Shown here piece after piece: positions 1 to 12,632 of a stretch of 64,000 nucleotides of DNA (position 1 is the stretch's first letter; every line of letters begins with the position of its first letter). The position numbers and the translations under genes were made by a program. This DNA comes from Auanema rhodensis (Eukaryota; Animalia; Nematoda), in NCBI GenBank assembly GCA_964057225.1, contig OZ059899.1, positions 21,080,001-21,144,000 of the forward strand, in the 5' to 3' direction. The notes under the pieces were generated by a model that worked only from the letters and a program-made list of their open reading frames with translations, did not search any database and was not told the DNA's origin.

Positions 1-83
1 ACACTAATGCATCATTTTTCAAACGATCATAACTAATTTTTGTATTAAACGTTTCTCAATGTAGTATAGTGCATTCGATGCGG

Positions 84-134
84 ATTTTTAAGCTGCGTCG
101 ATCTGTGTTATCAGATTTGCGCTAGCTTAAAAAT
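84..134. other. Intra-monomer inverted repeat 1 (51-bp imperfect stem-loop), present in essentially every copy
   Basis: atttttaagct (84-94) is the exact reverse complement of agcttaaaaat (124-134). gcg (95-97) pairs with cgc (120-122), and atctg (101-105) pairs with cagat (112-116) around a 6-nt loop tgttat. Confidence 0.9.
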
Positions 135-250
135 GCACCGAGATATCAACTAATATAAGTTCACACTTATATCCTCGATTTTCACCCTGAAGAACTAATT
201 TTTTCGTTGAATAACATTGTCCATCGTCTTTGCCTTGAAAAAAGGAATCT

Positions 251-316
251 AAAAACATCTACTTTTTGCTAAATTATTTTGAAATTTTTCGAAAAAATTT
301 TTGTCAAAATGTTTTT
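251..316. other. Intra-monomer inverted repeat 3 (AT-rich imperfect dyad)
   Basis: aaaaacat (251-258) and atgttttt (309-316) enclose ttttgctaaattattttgaa and ttcgaaaaaatttttgtcaaaa, which are approximate reverse complements. Confidence 0.6.
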
Positions 317-502
317 GGAAGCAATGTTGAGTGTACATGGAAACTCTACATACACTAAGGCATCATTTTTCAAACGATCATAACTAATTTTTGTATTAAG
401 CGTTTCTCAATATAGTATAGTGCATTCGATGCGGATTTTTAAGCTGCGTCGATCTGTATTATTAGATTTGCGCTAGCTTAAAAATGCACCGAGATATCAA
501 CT

Positions 503-524
503 GATATAAGTTCACACTTATATC
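503..524. other. Intra-monomer inverted repeat 2 (perfect 9-bp stem, 4-nt loop), shown in monomer 2
   Basis: gatataagt-tcac-acttatatc, further flanked by cgag/ctcg. Confidence 0.9.
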
Positions 525-674
525 CTCGATTTTCACCCTGAAGAATTAATTTTTTCGTTGAATAACATTGTCCATCGTCTTTGCCTTGAAAAAAGGAATC
601 TAAAAACATCTACTTTTTGCTAAATTATCTTGAAATTTTTTGAAAAAATTTTTGTCAAAATGTTTTTGGAAGCA

Positions 675-702
675 ATGTTGAGTGTACATGGAAACTCAAC
701 AT
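675..702. other. Intra-monomer inverted repeat 4 (perfect 9-bp stem, 10-nt loop), shown in monomer 2
   Basis: atgttgagt-gtacatggaa-actcaacat. Confidence 0.88.
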
Positions 703-3700
703 ACACTAATGCATCATTTTTCAAACGATCATAACTAATTTTTGTATCAAGCGTTTCTCAATGAGTATAGTGCATTCGATGCGGATTTTTAAGCTGCGTC
801 GATCTGTGTTATCAGATTTGCGCTAGCTTAAAAATGCACCGAGATATCAACTGATATAAGTTCACACTTATATCCTCGATTTTCACCCTGAAGAATTAAA
901 TTTTTCGTTGAATAACATTGTCCATCGTCTTTGCCTTGAAAAAAGGAATCTAAAAACATCTACTTTTCGCTAAATTATTTTGAATTTTTTCGAAAAAATT
1001 TTTGTCAAAATGTTTTTGGAAGCAATGTTGAGTGTACATGGAAACTCAACATACACTAAGGCATCATTTTTCAAACGATCATAACTAATTTTTGTATCAA
1101 GCGTTTCTCAATGAGTATAGTGCATTCGATGCGGAGTTTTAAGCTGCGTCGATCTGTGTTATCAGATTTGCGCTAGCTTAAAAATGCACCGAGATATCAA
1201 CTGATATAAGTTCACACTTATATCCTCGATTTTCACCCTGAAGAATTATTTTTTTTTGGTTGAATAACATTGTCCATCGTCTTTGCCTTGAAAAAAGGAA
1301 TCTAAAAACATCTACTTTTTGCTAAATTATTTTGAAATTTTTTGAAAAAATTTTTGTCAAAATGTTTTTGGAAGCAATGTTGAGTGTACATGGAAACTCA
1401 ACATACACTAATGCTTCATTTTTCAAACGATCATAACTAATTTTTGTATTAAGCTTTTCTCAATGTAGTATAGTGCATTCGATGCGGATTTTTAAGCTGC
1501 GTCGATCTGTGTTATCAGATTTGCGCTAGCTTAAAAATGCACCGAGATATCAACTGATATAAGTTCACACTTATATCCTCGATTTTCACCCTGAAGAATT
1601 AATTTTTTCGTTGAATAACATTGTCCATCGTCTTTGCCTTGAAAAAAGGAATCTAAAAACATCTACTGTTTGCTAAATTATTTTGAAATTTTTTGAAAAA
1701 ATTTTTGTCAAAATGTTTTTGGAAGCAATGTTGAGTGTACATGGAAACTCAACATACACTAATGCATCATTTTTCAAACGATCATAACTAATTTTTGTAT
1801 TAAGCTTTTCTCAATGTAGTATAGTGCATTCGATGCGGATTTTTAAGCTGCGTCGATCTGTGTTATCAGATTTGCGCTAGCTTAAAAATGCACCGAGATA
1901 TCAACTGATATAAGTTCACACTTATATCCTCGATTTTCACCCTGAAGAATTAATTTTTTTTGGTTGAATAACATTGTCCATCGTCTTTGCCTTGAAAAAA
2001 GGAATCTAAAAACATCTACTTTTTGCTAAATTATTTTGAAATTTTTTGAAAAAATTTTTGTCAAAATGTTTTTGGAAGCAATGTTGAGTGTACATGGAAA
2101 CTCAACATACACTAATGCTTCATTTTTCAAACGATCATAACTAATTTTTGTATCAAGCGTTTCTCAATGAGTATAGTGCATTCGATGCGGATTTTTAAGC
2201 TGCGTCGATCTGTGTTATCAGATTTGCGCTAGCTTAAAAATGCACCGAGATATCAACTGATATAAGTTCACACTTATATCCTCGATTTTCACCCTGAAGA
2301 ATTAATTTTTTCGTTGAATAACATTGTCCATCGTCTTTGCCTTGAAAAAAGGAATCTAAAAACATCTACTTTTTGCTAAATTATTTTGAAATTTTTTGAA
2401 AAAATTTTTGTCAAAATGTTTTTGGAAGCAATGTTGAGTGTACATGGAAACTCAACATACACTAATGCATCATTTTTCAAACGATCATAACTAATTTTTG
2501 TATTAAGCGTTTCTCAATGTAGTATAGTGCATTCGATGCGGATTTTTAAGCTGCGTCGATCTGTGTTATCAGATTTGCGCTAGCTTAAAAATGCACCGAG
2601 ATATCAACTGATATAAGTTCACACTTATATCCTCGATTTTCACCCTGAAGAATTAATTTTTTCGTTGAATAACAAAGTCCATCGTCTTTGCCTTGAAAAA
2701 AGGAATCTAAAAACATCTACTTTTTGCTAAATTATTTTGAAATTTTTTGAAAAAATTTTTGTCAAAATGTTTTTGGAAGCAATGTTGAGTGTACATGGAA
2801 ACTCAACATACACTAATGCATCATTTTTCAAACGATCATAACTAATTTTTGTATTAAGCGTTTCTCAATGTAGTATAGTGCATTCGATGCGGATTTTTAA
2901 GCTGCGTCGATCTGTGTTATCAGATTTGCGCTAGCTTAAAAATGCACCGAGATATCAACTAATATAAGTTCACACTTATATCCTCGATTTTCACCCTGAA
3001 GAATTAATTTTTTCGTTGAATAACAAAGTCCATCGTCTTTGCCTTGAAAAAAGGAATCTAAAAACATCTACTTTTTGCTAAATTATTTTGAAATTTTTTG
3101 AAAAAATTTTTGTCAAAATGTTTTTGGAAGCAATGTTGAGTGTACATGGAAACTCAACATACACTAATGCATCATTTTTCAAACGATCATAACTAATTTT
3201 TGTATTAAGCGTTTCTCAATGTAGTATAGTGCATTCGATGCGGATTTTTAAGCTGCGTCGATCTGTGTTATCAGATTTGCGCTAGCTTAAAAATGCACCG
3301 AGATATCAACTGATATAAGTTCACACTTATATCCTCGATTTTCACCCTGAAGAATTAATTTTTTCGTTGAATAACATTGTCCATCGTCTTTGCCTTGAAA
3401 AAAGGAATCTAAAAACATCTACTTTTTGCTAAATTATTTTGAAATTTTTTGAAAAAATTTTTGTCAAAATGTTTTTGGAAGCAATGTTGAGTGTACATGG
3501 AAACTCAACGTACACTAATGCATCATTTTTCAAACGATCATAACTAATTTTTGTATTAAACGTTTCTCAATGTAGTATAGTGCATTCGATGCGGATTTTT
3601 AAGCTGCGTCGATCTGTGTTATCAGATTTGCGCTAGCTTAAAAATGCACCGAGATATCAACTAATATAAGTTCACACTTATATCCTCGATTTTCACCCTG

Positions 3701-4213
3701 AAGAATTAATTTTTTCGTTGAATAACATTGTCCATCGTCTTTGCCTTGAAAAAAGGAATCTAAAAACATCTACTTTTTGCTAAATTATTTTGAAATTTTT
3801 CGAAAAAATTTTTGTCAAAATGTTTTTGGAAGCAATGTTGAGTGTACATGGAAACTCTACATACACTAAGGCATCATTTTTCAAACGATCATAACTAATT
3901 TTTGTATTAAGCGTTTCTCAATATAGTATAGTGCATTCGATGCGGATTTTTAAGCTGCGTCGATCTGTGTTATCAGATTTGCGCTAGCTTAAAAATGCAC
4001 CGAGATATCAACTGATATAAGTTCACACTTATATCCTCGATTTTCACCCTGAAGAATTAAATTTTTCGTTGAATAACATTGTCCATCGTCTTTGCCTTGA
4101 AAAAAGGAATCTAAAAACATCTACTTTTTGCTAAATTATTTTGAATTTTTTCGAAAAAATTTTTGTCAAAATGTTTTTGGAAGCAATGTTGAGTGTACAT
4201 GGAAACTCAACAT

Positions 4214-6317
4214 ACACTAAGGCATCATTTTTCAAACGATCATAACTAATTTTTGTATCAAGCGTTTCTCAATGAGTATAGTGCATTCGATGCGGATTTT
4301 TAAGCTGCGTCGATCTGTGTTATCAGATTTGCGCTAGCTTAAAAATGCACCGAGATATCAACTGATATAAGTTCACACTTATATCCTCGATTTTCACCCT
4401 GAAGAATTAATTTTTTCGTTGAATAACATTATCCATCGTCTTTGCCTTGAAAAAAGGAATCTAAAAACATCTACTTTTTGCTAAATTATTTTGAAATTTT
4501 TCGAAAAAATTTTTGTCAAAATGTTTTTGGAAGCAATGTTGAGTGTACATGGAAACTCAACATACACTAATGCATCATTTTTCAAACGATCATAACTAAT
4601 TTTTGTATTAAGCGTTTCTCAATATAGTATAGTGCATTCGATGCGGATTTTTAAGCTGCGTCGATCTGTATTATTAGATTTGCGCTAGCTTAAAAATGCA
4701 CCGAGATATCAACTGATATAAGTTCACACTTATATCCTCGATTTTCACCCTGAAGAATTAATTTTTTCGTTGAATAACATTGTCCATCGTCTTTGCCTTG
4801 AAAAAAGGAATCTAAAAACATCTACTTTTTGCTAAATTATTTTGAAATTTTTTGAAAAAATTTTTGTCAAAATGTTTTTGGAAGCAATGTTGAGTGTACA
4901 TGGAAACTCAACATACACTAATGCATCATTTTTCAAACGATCATAACTAATTTTTGTATTAAGCGTTTCTCAATGTAGTATAGTGCATTCGATGCGGATT
5001 TTTAAGCTGCGTCGATCTGTGTTATCAGATTTGCGCTAGCTTAAAAATGCACCGAGATATCAACTAATATAAGTTCACACTTATATCCTCGATTTTCACC
5101 CTGAAGAATTAATTTTTTCGTTGAATAACAAAGTCCATCGTCTTTGCCTTGAAAAAAGGAATCTAAAAACATCTACTTTTTGCTAAATTATTTTGAATTT
5201 TTTCGAAAAAATTTTTGTCAAAATGTTTTTGGAAGCAATGTTGAGTGTACATGGAAACTCAACATACACTAAGGCATCATTTTTCAAACGATCATAACTA
5301 ATTTTTGTATCAAGCGTTTCTCAATGAGTATAGTGCATTCGATGCGGATTTTTAAGCTGCGTCGATCTGTGTTATCAGATTTGCGCTAGCTTAAAAATGC
5401 ACCGAGATATCAACTGATATAAGTTCACACTTATATCCTCGATTTTCACCCTGAAGAATTAATTTTTTCGTTGAATAACATTATCCATCGTCTTTGCCTT
5501 GAAAAAAGGAATCTAAAAACATCTACTTTTTGCTAAATTATTTTGAAATTTTTCGAAAAAATTTTTGTCAAAATGTTTTTGGAAGCAATGTTGAGTGTAC
5601 ATGGAAACTCTACATACACTAAGGCATCATTTTTCAAACGATCATAACTAATTTTTGTATTAAGCGTTTCTCAATATAGTATAGTGCATTCGATGCGGAT
5701 TTTTAAGCTGCGTCGATCTGTATTATTAGATTTGCGCTAGCTTAAAAATGCACCGAGATATCAACTGATATAAGTTCACACTTATATCCTCGATTTTCAC
5801 CCTGAAGAATTAATTTTTTCGTTGAATAACATTGTCCATCGTCTTTGCCTTGAAAAAAGGAATCTAAAAACATCTACTTTTTGCTAAATTATTTTGAAAT
5901 TTTTTGAAAAAATTTTTGTCAAAATGTTTTTGGAAGCAATGTTGAGTGTACATGGAAACTCAACATACACTAATGCATCATTTTTCAAACGATCATAACT
6001 AATTTTTGTATTAAGCGTTTCTCAATGTAGTATAGTGCATTCGATGCGGATTTTTAAGCTGCGTCGATCTGTGTTATCAGATTTGCGCTAGCTTAAAAAT
6101 GCACCGAGATATCAACTAATATAAGTTCACACTTATATCCTCGATTTTCACCCTGAAGAATTAATTTTTTCGTTGAATAACAAAGTCCATCGTCTTTGCC
6201 TTGAAAAAAGGAATCTAAAAACATCTACTTTTTGCTAAATTATTTTGAAATTTTTTGAAAAAATTTTTGTCAAAATGTTTTTGGAAGCAATGTTGAGTGT
6301 ACATGGAAACTCAACAT
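4214..6317. repeat. Near-perfect tandem duplication of a 3-monomer unit (1052 bp)
   Basis: The rare variant cattAtcc occurs only at ~4431 and ~5483. Each is followed by a gtAttatTag monomer and then a ctAata/acaAAg monomer. Confidence 0.75.
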
Positions 6318-9300
6318 ACACTAATGCATCATTTTTCAAACGATCATAACTAATTTTTGTATTAAGCGTTTCTCAATGTAGTATAGTGCATTCGATGCGG
6401 ATTTTTAAGCTGCGTCGATCTGTGTTATCAGATTTGCGCTAGCTTAAAAATGCACCGAGATATCAACTGATATAAGTTCACACTTATATCCTCGATTTTC
6501 ACCCTGAAGAATTAATTTTTTCGTTGAATAACATTGTCCATCGTCTTTGCCTTGAAAAAAGGAATCTAAAAACATCTACTTTTTGCTAAATTATTTTGAA
6601 ATTTTTTGAAAAAATTTTTGTCAAAATGTTTTTGGAAGCAATGTTGAGTGTACATGGAAACTCAACGTACACTAATGCATCATTTTTCAAACGATCATAA
6701 CTAATTTTTGTATTAAACGTTTCTCAATGTAGTATAGTGCATTCGATGCGGATTTTTAAGCTGCGTCGATCTGTGTTATCAGATTTGCGCTAGCTTAAAA
6801 ATGCACCGAGATATCAACTGATATAAGTTCACACTTATATCCTCGATTTTCACCCTGAAGAATTAATTTTTTCGTTGAATAACATTGTCCATCGTCTTTG
6901 CCTTGAAAAAAGGAATCTAAAAACATCTACTTTTTGCTAAATTATTTTGAAATTTTTCGAAAAAATTTTTGTCAAAATGTTTTTGGAAGCAATGTTGAGT
7001 GTACATGGAAACTCTACATACACTAATGCATCATTTTTCAAACGATCATAACTAATTTTTGTATTAAGCGTTTCTCAATGTAGTATAGTGCATTCGATGC
7101 GGATTTTTAAGCTGCGTCGATCTGTGTTATCAGATTTGCGCTAGCTTAAAAATGCACCGAGATATCAACTGATATAAGTTCACACTTATATCCTCGATTT
7201 TCACCCTGAAGAATTAATTTTTTCGTTGAATAACATTGTCCATCGTCTTTGCCTTGAAAAAAGGAATCTAAAAACATCTACTTTTTGCTAAATTATTTTG
7301 AAATTTTTCGAAAAAATTTTTGTCAAAATGTTTTTGGAAGCAATGTTGAGTGTACATGGAAACTCAACATACACTAATGCATCATTTTTCAAACGATCAT
7401 AACTAATTTTTGTATTAAGCGTTTCTCAATGTAGTATAGTGCATTCGATGCGGATTTTTAAGCTGCGTCGATCTGTGTTATCAGATTTGCGCTAGCTTAA
7501 AAATGCACCGAGATATCAACTAATATAAGTTCACACTTATATCCTCGATTTTCACCCTGAAGAATTAATTTTTTCGTTGAATAACAAAGTCCATCGTCTT
7601 TGCCTTGAAAAAAGGAATCTAAAAACATCTACTTTTTGCTAAATTATTTTGAAATTTTTTGAAAAAATTTTTGTCAAAATGTTTTTGGAAGCAATGTTGA
7701 GTGTACATGGAAACTCAACGTACACTAATGCATCATTTTTCAAACGATCATAACTAATTTTTGTATCAAACGTTTCTCAATGTAGTATAGTGCATTCGAT
7801 GCGGATTTTTAAGCTGCGTCGATCTGTGTTATCAGATTTGCGCTAGCTTAAAAATGCACCGAGATATCAACTGATATAAGTTCACACTTATATCCTCGAT
7901 TTTCACCCTGAAGAATTAATTTTTTCGTTGAATAACATTGTCCATCGTTTTTGCCTTGAAAAAAGGAATCTAAAAACATCTACTTTTTGCTAAATTATTT
8001 TGAAATTTTTTGAAAAAATTTTTGTCAAAATGTTTTTGGAAGCAATGTTGAGTGTACATGGAAACTCAACGTACACTAATGCATCATTTTTCAAACGATC
8101 ATAACTAATTTTTGTATTAAACGTTTCTCAATGTAGTATAGTGCATTCGATGCGGATTTTTAAGCTGCGTCGATCTGTGTTATCAGATTTGCGCTAGCTT
8201 AAAAATGCACCGAGATATCAACTGATATAAGTTCACACTTATATCCTCGATTTTCACCCTGAAGAATTAATTTTTTCGTTGAATAACATTGTCCATCGTT
8301 TTTGCCTTGAAAAAAGGAATCTAAAAACATCTACTTTTTGCTAAATTATTTTGAAATTTTTTGAAAAAATTTTTGTCAAAATGTTTTTGGAAGCAATGTT
8401 GAGTGTACATGGAAACTCAACGTACACTAAGGCATCATTTTTCAAACGATCATAACTAATTTTTGTATTAAACGTTTCTCAATGTAGTATAGTGCATTCG
8501 ATGCGGATTTTTAAGCTGCGTCGATCTGTGTTATCAGATTTGCGCTAGCTTAAAAATGCACCGAGATATCAACTGATATAAGTTCACACTTATATCCTCG
8601 ATTTTCACCCTGAAGAATTAATTTTTTCGTTGAATAACATTGTCCATCGTCTTTGCCTTAAAAAAAAGGAATCTAAAAACATCTACTTTTTGCTAAATTA
8701 TTTTGAAATTTTTCGAAAAAATTTTTGTCAAAATGTTTTTGGAAGCAATGTTGAGTGTACATGGAAACTCTACATACACTAATGCATCATTTTTCAAACG
8801 ATCATAACTAATTTTTGTATTAAGCGTTTCTCAATGTAGTATAGTGCATTCGATGCGGATTTTTAAGCTGCGTCGATCTGTGTTATCAGATTTGCGCTAG
8901 CTTAAAAATGCACCGAGATATCAACTGATATAAGTTCACACTTATATCCTCGATTTTCACCCTGAAGAATTAATTTTTTCGTTGAATAACATTGTCCATC
9001 GTCTTTGCCTTGAAAAAAGGAATCTAAAAACATCTACTTTTTGCTAAATTATTTTGAAATTTTTCGAAAAAATTTTTGTCAAAATGTTTTTGGAAGCAAT
9101 GTTGAGTGTACATGGAAACTCAACATACACTAATGCATCATTTTTCAAACGATCATAACTAATTTTTGTATTAAGCGTTTCTCAATGTAGTATAGTGCAT
9201 TCGATGCGGATTTTTAAGCTGCGTCGATCTGTGTTATCAGATTTGCGCTAGCTTAAAAATGCACCGAGATATCAACTAATATAAGTTCACACTTATATCC

Positions 9301-10530
9301 TCGATTTTCACCCTGAAGAATTAATTTTTTCGTTGAATAACAAAGTCCATCGTCTTTGCCTTGAAAAAAGGAATCTAAAAACATCTACTTTTTGCTAAAT
9401 TATTTTGAAATTTTTTGAAAAAATTTTTGTCAAAATGTTTTTGGAAGCAATGTTGAGTGTACATGGAAACTCAACGTACACTAATGCATCATTTTTCAAA
9501 CGATCATAACTAATTTTTGTATCAAACGTTTCTCAATGTAGTATAGTGCATTCGATGCGGATTTTTAAGCTGCGTCGATCTGTGTTATCAGATTTGCGCT
9601 AGCTTAAAAATGCACCGAGATATCAACTGATATAAGTTCACACTTATATCCTCGATTTTCACCCTGAAGAATTAATTTTTTCGTTGAATAACATTGTCCA
9701 TCGTTTTTGCCTTGAAAAAAGGAATCTAAAAACATCTACTTTTTGCTAAATTATTTTGAAATTTTTCGAAAAAATTTTTGTCAAAATGTTTTTGGAAGCA
9801 ATGTTGAGTGTACATGGAAACTCTACATACACTAAGGCATCATTTTTCAAACGATCATAACTAATTTTTGTATTAAGCGTTTCTCAATATAGTATAGTGC
9901 ATTCGATGCGGATTTTTAAGCTGCGTCGATCTGTATTATTAGATTTGCGCTAGCTTAAAAATGCACCGAGATATCAACTGATATAAGTTCACACTTATAT
10001 CCTCGATTTTCACCCTGAAGAATTAATTTTTTCGTTGAATAACATTGTCCATCGTCTTTGCCTTGAAAAAAGGAATCTAAAAACATCTACTTTTTGCTAA
10101 ATTATTTTGAAATTTTTTGAAAAAATTTTTGTCAAAATGTTTTTGGAAGCAATGTTGAGTGTACATGGAAACTCAACGTACACTAATGCATCATTTTTCA
10201 AACGATCATAACTAATTTTTGTATTAAACGTTTCTCAATGTAGTATAGTGCATTCGATGCGGATTTTTAAGCTGCGTCGATCTGTGTTATCAGATTTGCG
10301 CTAGCTTAAAAATGCACCGAGATATCAACTGATATAAGTTCACACTTATATCCTCGATTTTCACCCTGAAGAATTAATTTTTTCGTTGAATAACATTGTC
10401 CATCGTTTTTGCCTTGAAAAAAGGAATCTAAAAACATCTACTTTTTGCTAAATTATTTTGAAATTTTTCGAAAAAATTTTTGTCAAAATGTTTTTGGAAG
10501 CAATGTTGAGTGTACATGGAAACTCTACAT

Positions 10531-12632
10531 ACACTAAGGCATCATTTTTCAAACGATCATAACTAATTTTTGTATTAAGCGTTTCTCAATATAGTATAGT
10601 GCATTCGATGCGGATTTTTAAGCTGCGTCGATCTGTATTATTAGATTTGCGCTAGCTTAAAAATGCACCGAGATATCAACTGATATAAGTTCACACTTAT
10701 ATCCTCGATTTTCACCCTGAAGAATTAATTTTTTCGTTGAATAACATTGTCCATCGTCTTTGCCTTGAAAAAAGGAATCTAAAAACATCTACTTTTTGCT
10801 AAATTATCTTGAAATTTTTTGAAAAAACTTTTGTCAAAATGTTTTTGGAAGCAATGTTGAGTGTACATGGAAACTCAACATACACTAATGCATCATTTTT
10901 CAAACGATCATAACTAATTTTTGTATCAAGCGTTTCTCAATGAGTATAGTGCATTCGATGCGGATTTTTAAGCTGCGTCGATCTGTGTTATCAGATTTGC
11001 GCTAGCTTAAAAATGCACCGAGATATCAACTGATATAAGTTCACACTTATATCCTCGATTTTCACCCTGAAGAATTAAATTTTTCGTTGAATAACATTGT
11101 CCATCGTCTTTGCCTTGAAAAAAGGAATCTAAAAACATCTACTTTTTGCTAAATTATTTTGAATTTTTTCGAAAAAATTTTTGTCAAAATGTTTTTGGAA
11201 GCAATGTTGAGTGTACATGGAAACTCAACATACACTAAGGCATCATTTTTCAAACGATCATAACTAATTTTCGTATCAAGCGTTTCTCAATGAGTATAGT
11301 GCATTCGATGCGGATTTTTAAGCTGCGTCGATCTGTGTTATCAGATTTGCGCTAGCTTAAAAATGCACCGAGATATCAACTGATATAAGTTCACACTTAT
11401 ATCCTCGATTTTCACCCTGAAGAATTAATTTTTTCGTTGAATAACATTGTCCATCGTCTTTGCCTTGAAAAAAGGAATCTAAAAACATCTACTTTTTGCT
11501 AAATTATTTTGAAATTTTTCGAAAAAATTTTTGTCAAAATGTTTTTGGAAGCAATGTTGAGTGTACATGGAAACTCTACATACACTAAGGCATCATTTTT
11601 CAAACGATCATAACTAATTTTTGTATTAAGCGTTTCTCAATATAGTATAGTGCATTCGATGCGGATTTTTAAGCTGCGTCGATCTGTATTATTAGATTTG
11701 CGCTAGCTTAAAAATGCACCGAGATATCAACTGATATAAGTTCACACTTATATCCTCGATTTTCACCCTGAAGAATTAATTTTTTCGTTGAATAACATTG
11801 TCCATCGTCTTTGCCTTGAAAAAAGGAATCTAAAAACATCTACTTTTTGCTAAATTATCTTGAAATTTTTTGAAAAAATTTTTGTCAAAATGTTTTTGGA
11901 AGCAATGTTGAGTGTACATGGAAACTCAACATACACTAATGCATCATTTTTCAAACGATCATAACTAATTTTTGTATCAAGCGTTTCTCAATGAGTATAG
12001 TGCATTCGATGCGGATTTTTAAGCTGCGTCGATCTGTGTTATCAGATTTGCGCTAGCTTAAAAATGCACCGAGATATCAACTGATATAAGTTCACACTTA
12101 TATCCTCGATTTTCACCCTGAAGAATTAAATTTTTCGTTGAATAACATTGTCCATCGTCTTTGCCTTGAAAAAAGGAATCTAAAAACATCTACTTTTTGC
12201 TAAATTATTTTGAATTTTTTCGAAAAAATTTTTGTCAAAATGTTTTTGGAAGCAATGTTGAGTGTACATGGAAACTCAACATACACTAAGGCATCATTTT
12301 TCAAACGATCATAACTAATTTTTGTATCAAGCGTTTCTCAATGAGTATAGTGCATTCGATGCGGATTTTTAAGCTGCGTCGATCTGTGTTATCAGATTTG
12401 CGCTAGCTTAAAAATGCACCGAGATATCAACTGATATAAGTTCACACTTATATCCTCGATTTTCACCCTGAAGAATTAATTTTTTCGTTGAATAACATTG
12501 TCCATCGTCTTTGCCTTGAAAAAAGAAATCTTAAAACATCTACTTTTTGCTAAATTATTTTGAAATTTTTTGAAAAAATTTTTGTCAAAATGTTTTTGGA
12601 AGCAATGTTGAGTGTACATGGAAACTCAACAT
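10531..12632. repeat. Tandem duplication of a 3-monomer unit (1051 bp); the same trimer also occurs at 352-1404
   Basis: The haplotype order [aaGg, atAtag, gtAttatTag, atCttg] - [tatCaag, atgag deletion, attaaAtt, gaaTttt] - [aaGg, tatCaag, atgag deletion] is seen at 352, 10531 and 11582. Confidence 0.8.

Larger units (their letters stand above)
1..351. repeat. Representative monomer (phase set arbitrarily by the window start)
   Basis: acactaatgc...ggaaactctacat; the next copy starts at 352. Hand count of the consensus gives about 109 G+C in 351 bp, with many A/T tracts of 4-6 bp. Confidence 0.97.

Noticed and set aside
84-134. Rho-independent terminator or promoter calls on the hairpins
   Set aside because: There are no genes nearby and the context is a eukaryote-type satellite; the stems are AT-rich and unlike terminators.
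1-351. Tandem 5S rRNA, tRNA, snRNA or spliced-leader gene array
   Set aside because: I recognise no 5S, tRNA cloverleaf, Pol III box or SL/Sm motif by eye. An Rfam cmscan would be needed to exclude this formally.
1-351. Assignment to known satellites of similar length (Drosophila 1.688/359-bp, Tribolium TCAST ~360-bp) or presence of a CENP-B box
   Set aside because: Only length and AT content are similar. I see no sequence match I can support and no canonical 17-bp CENP-B box.
1248-1965. Expanded T-tracts (ttttttttggttg) in two nearby monomers as sequencing errors
   Set aside because: The tract change with c>g is shared by monomers at 1053 and 1756, and each is followed by a gcTtca monomer. 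It looks like a real small duplicated variant rather than an error, but is too minor to list as a finding.
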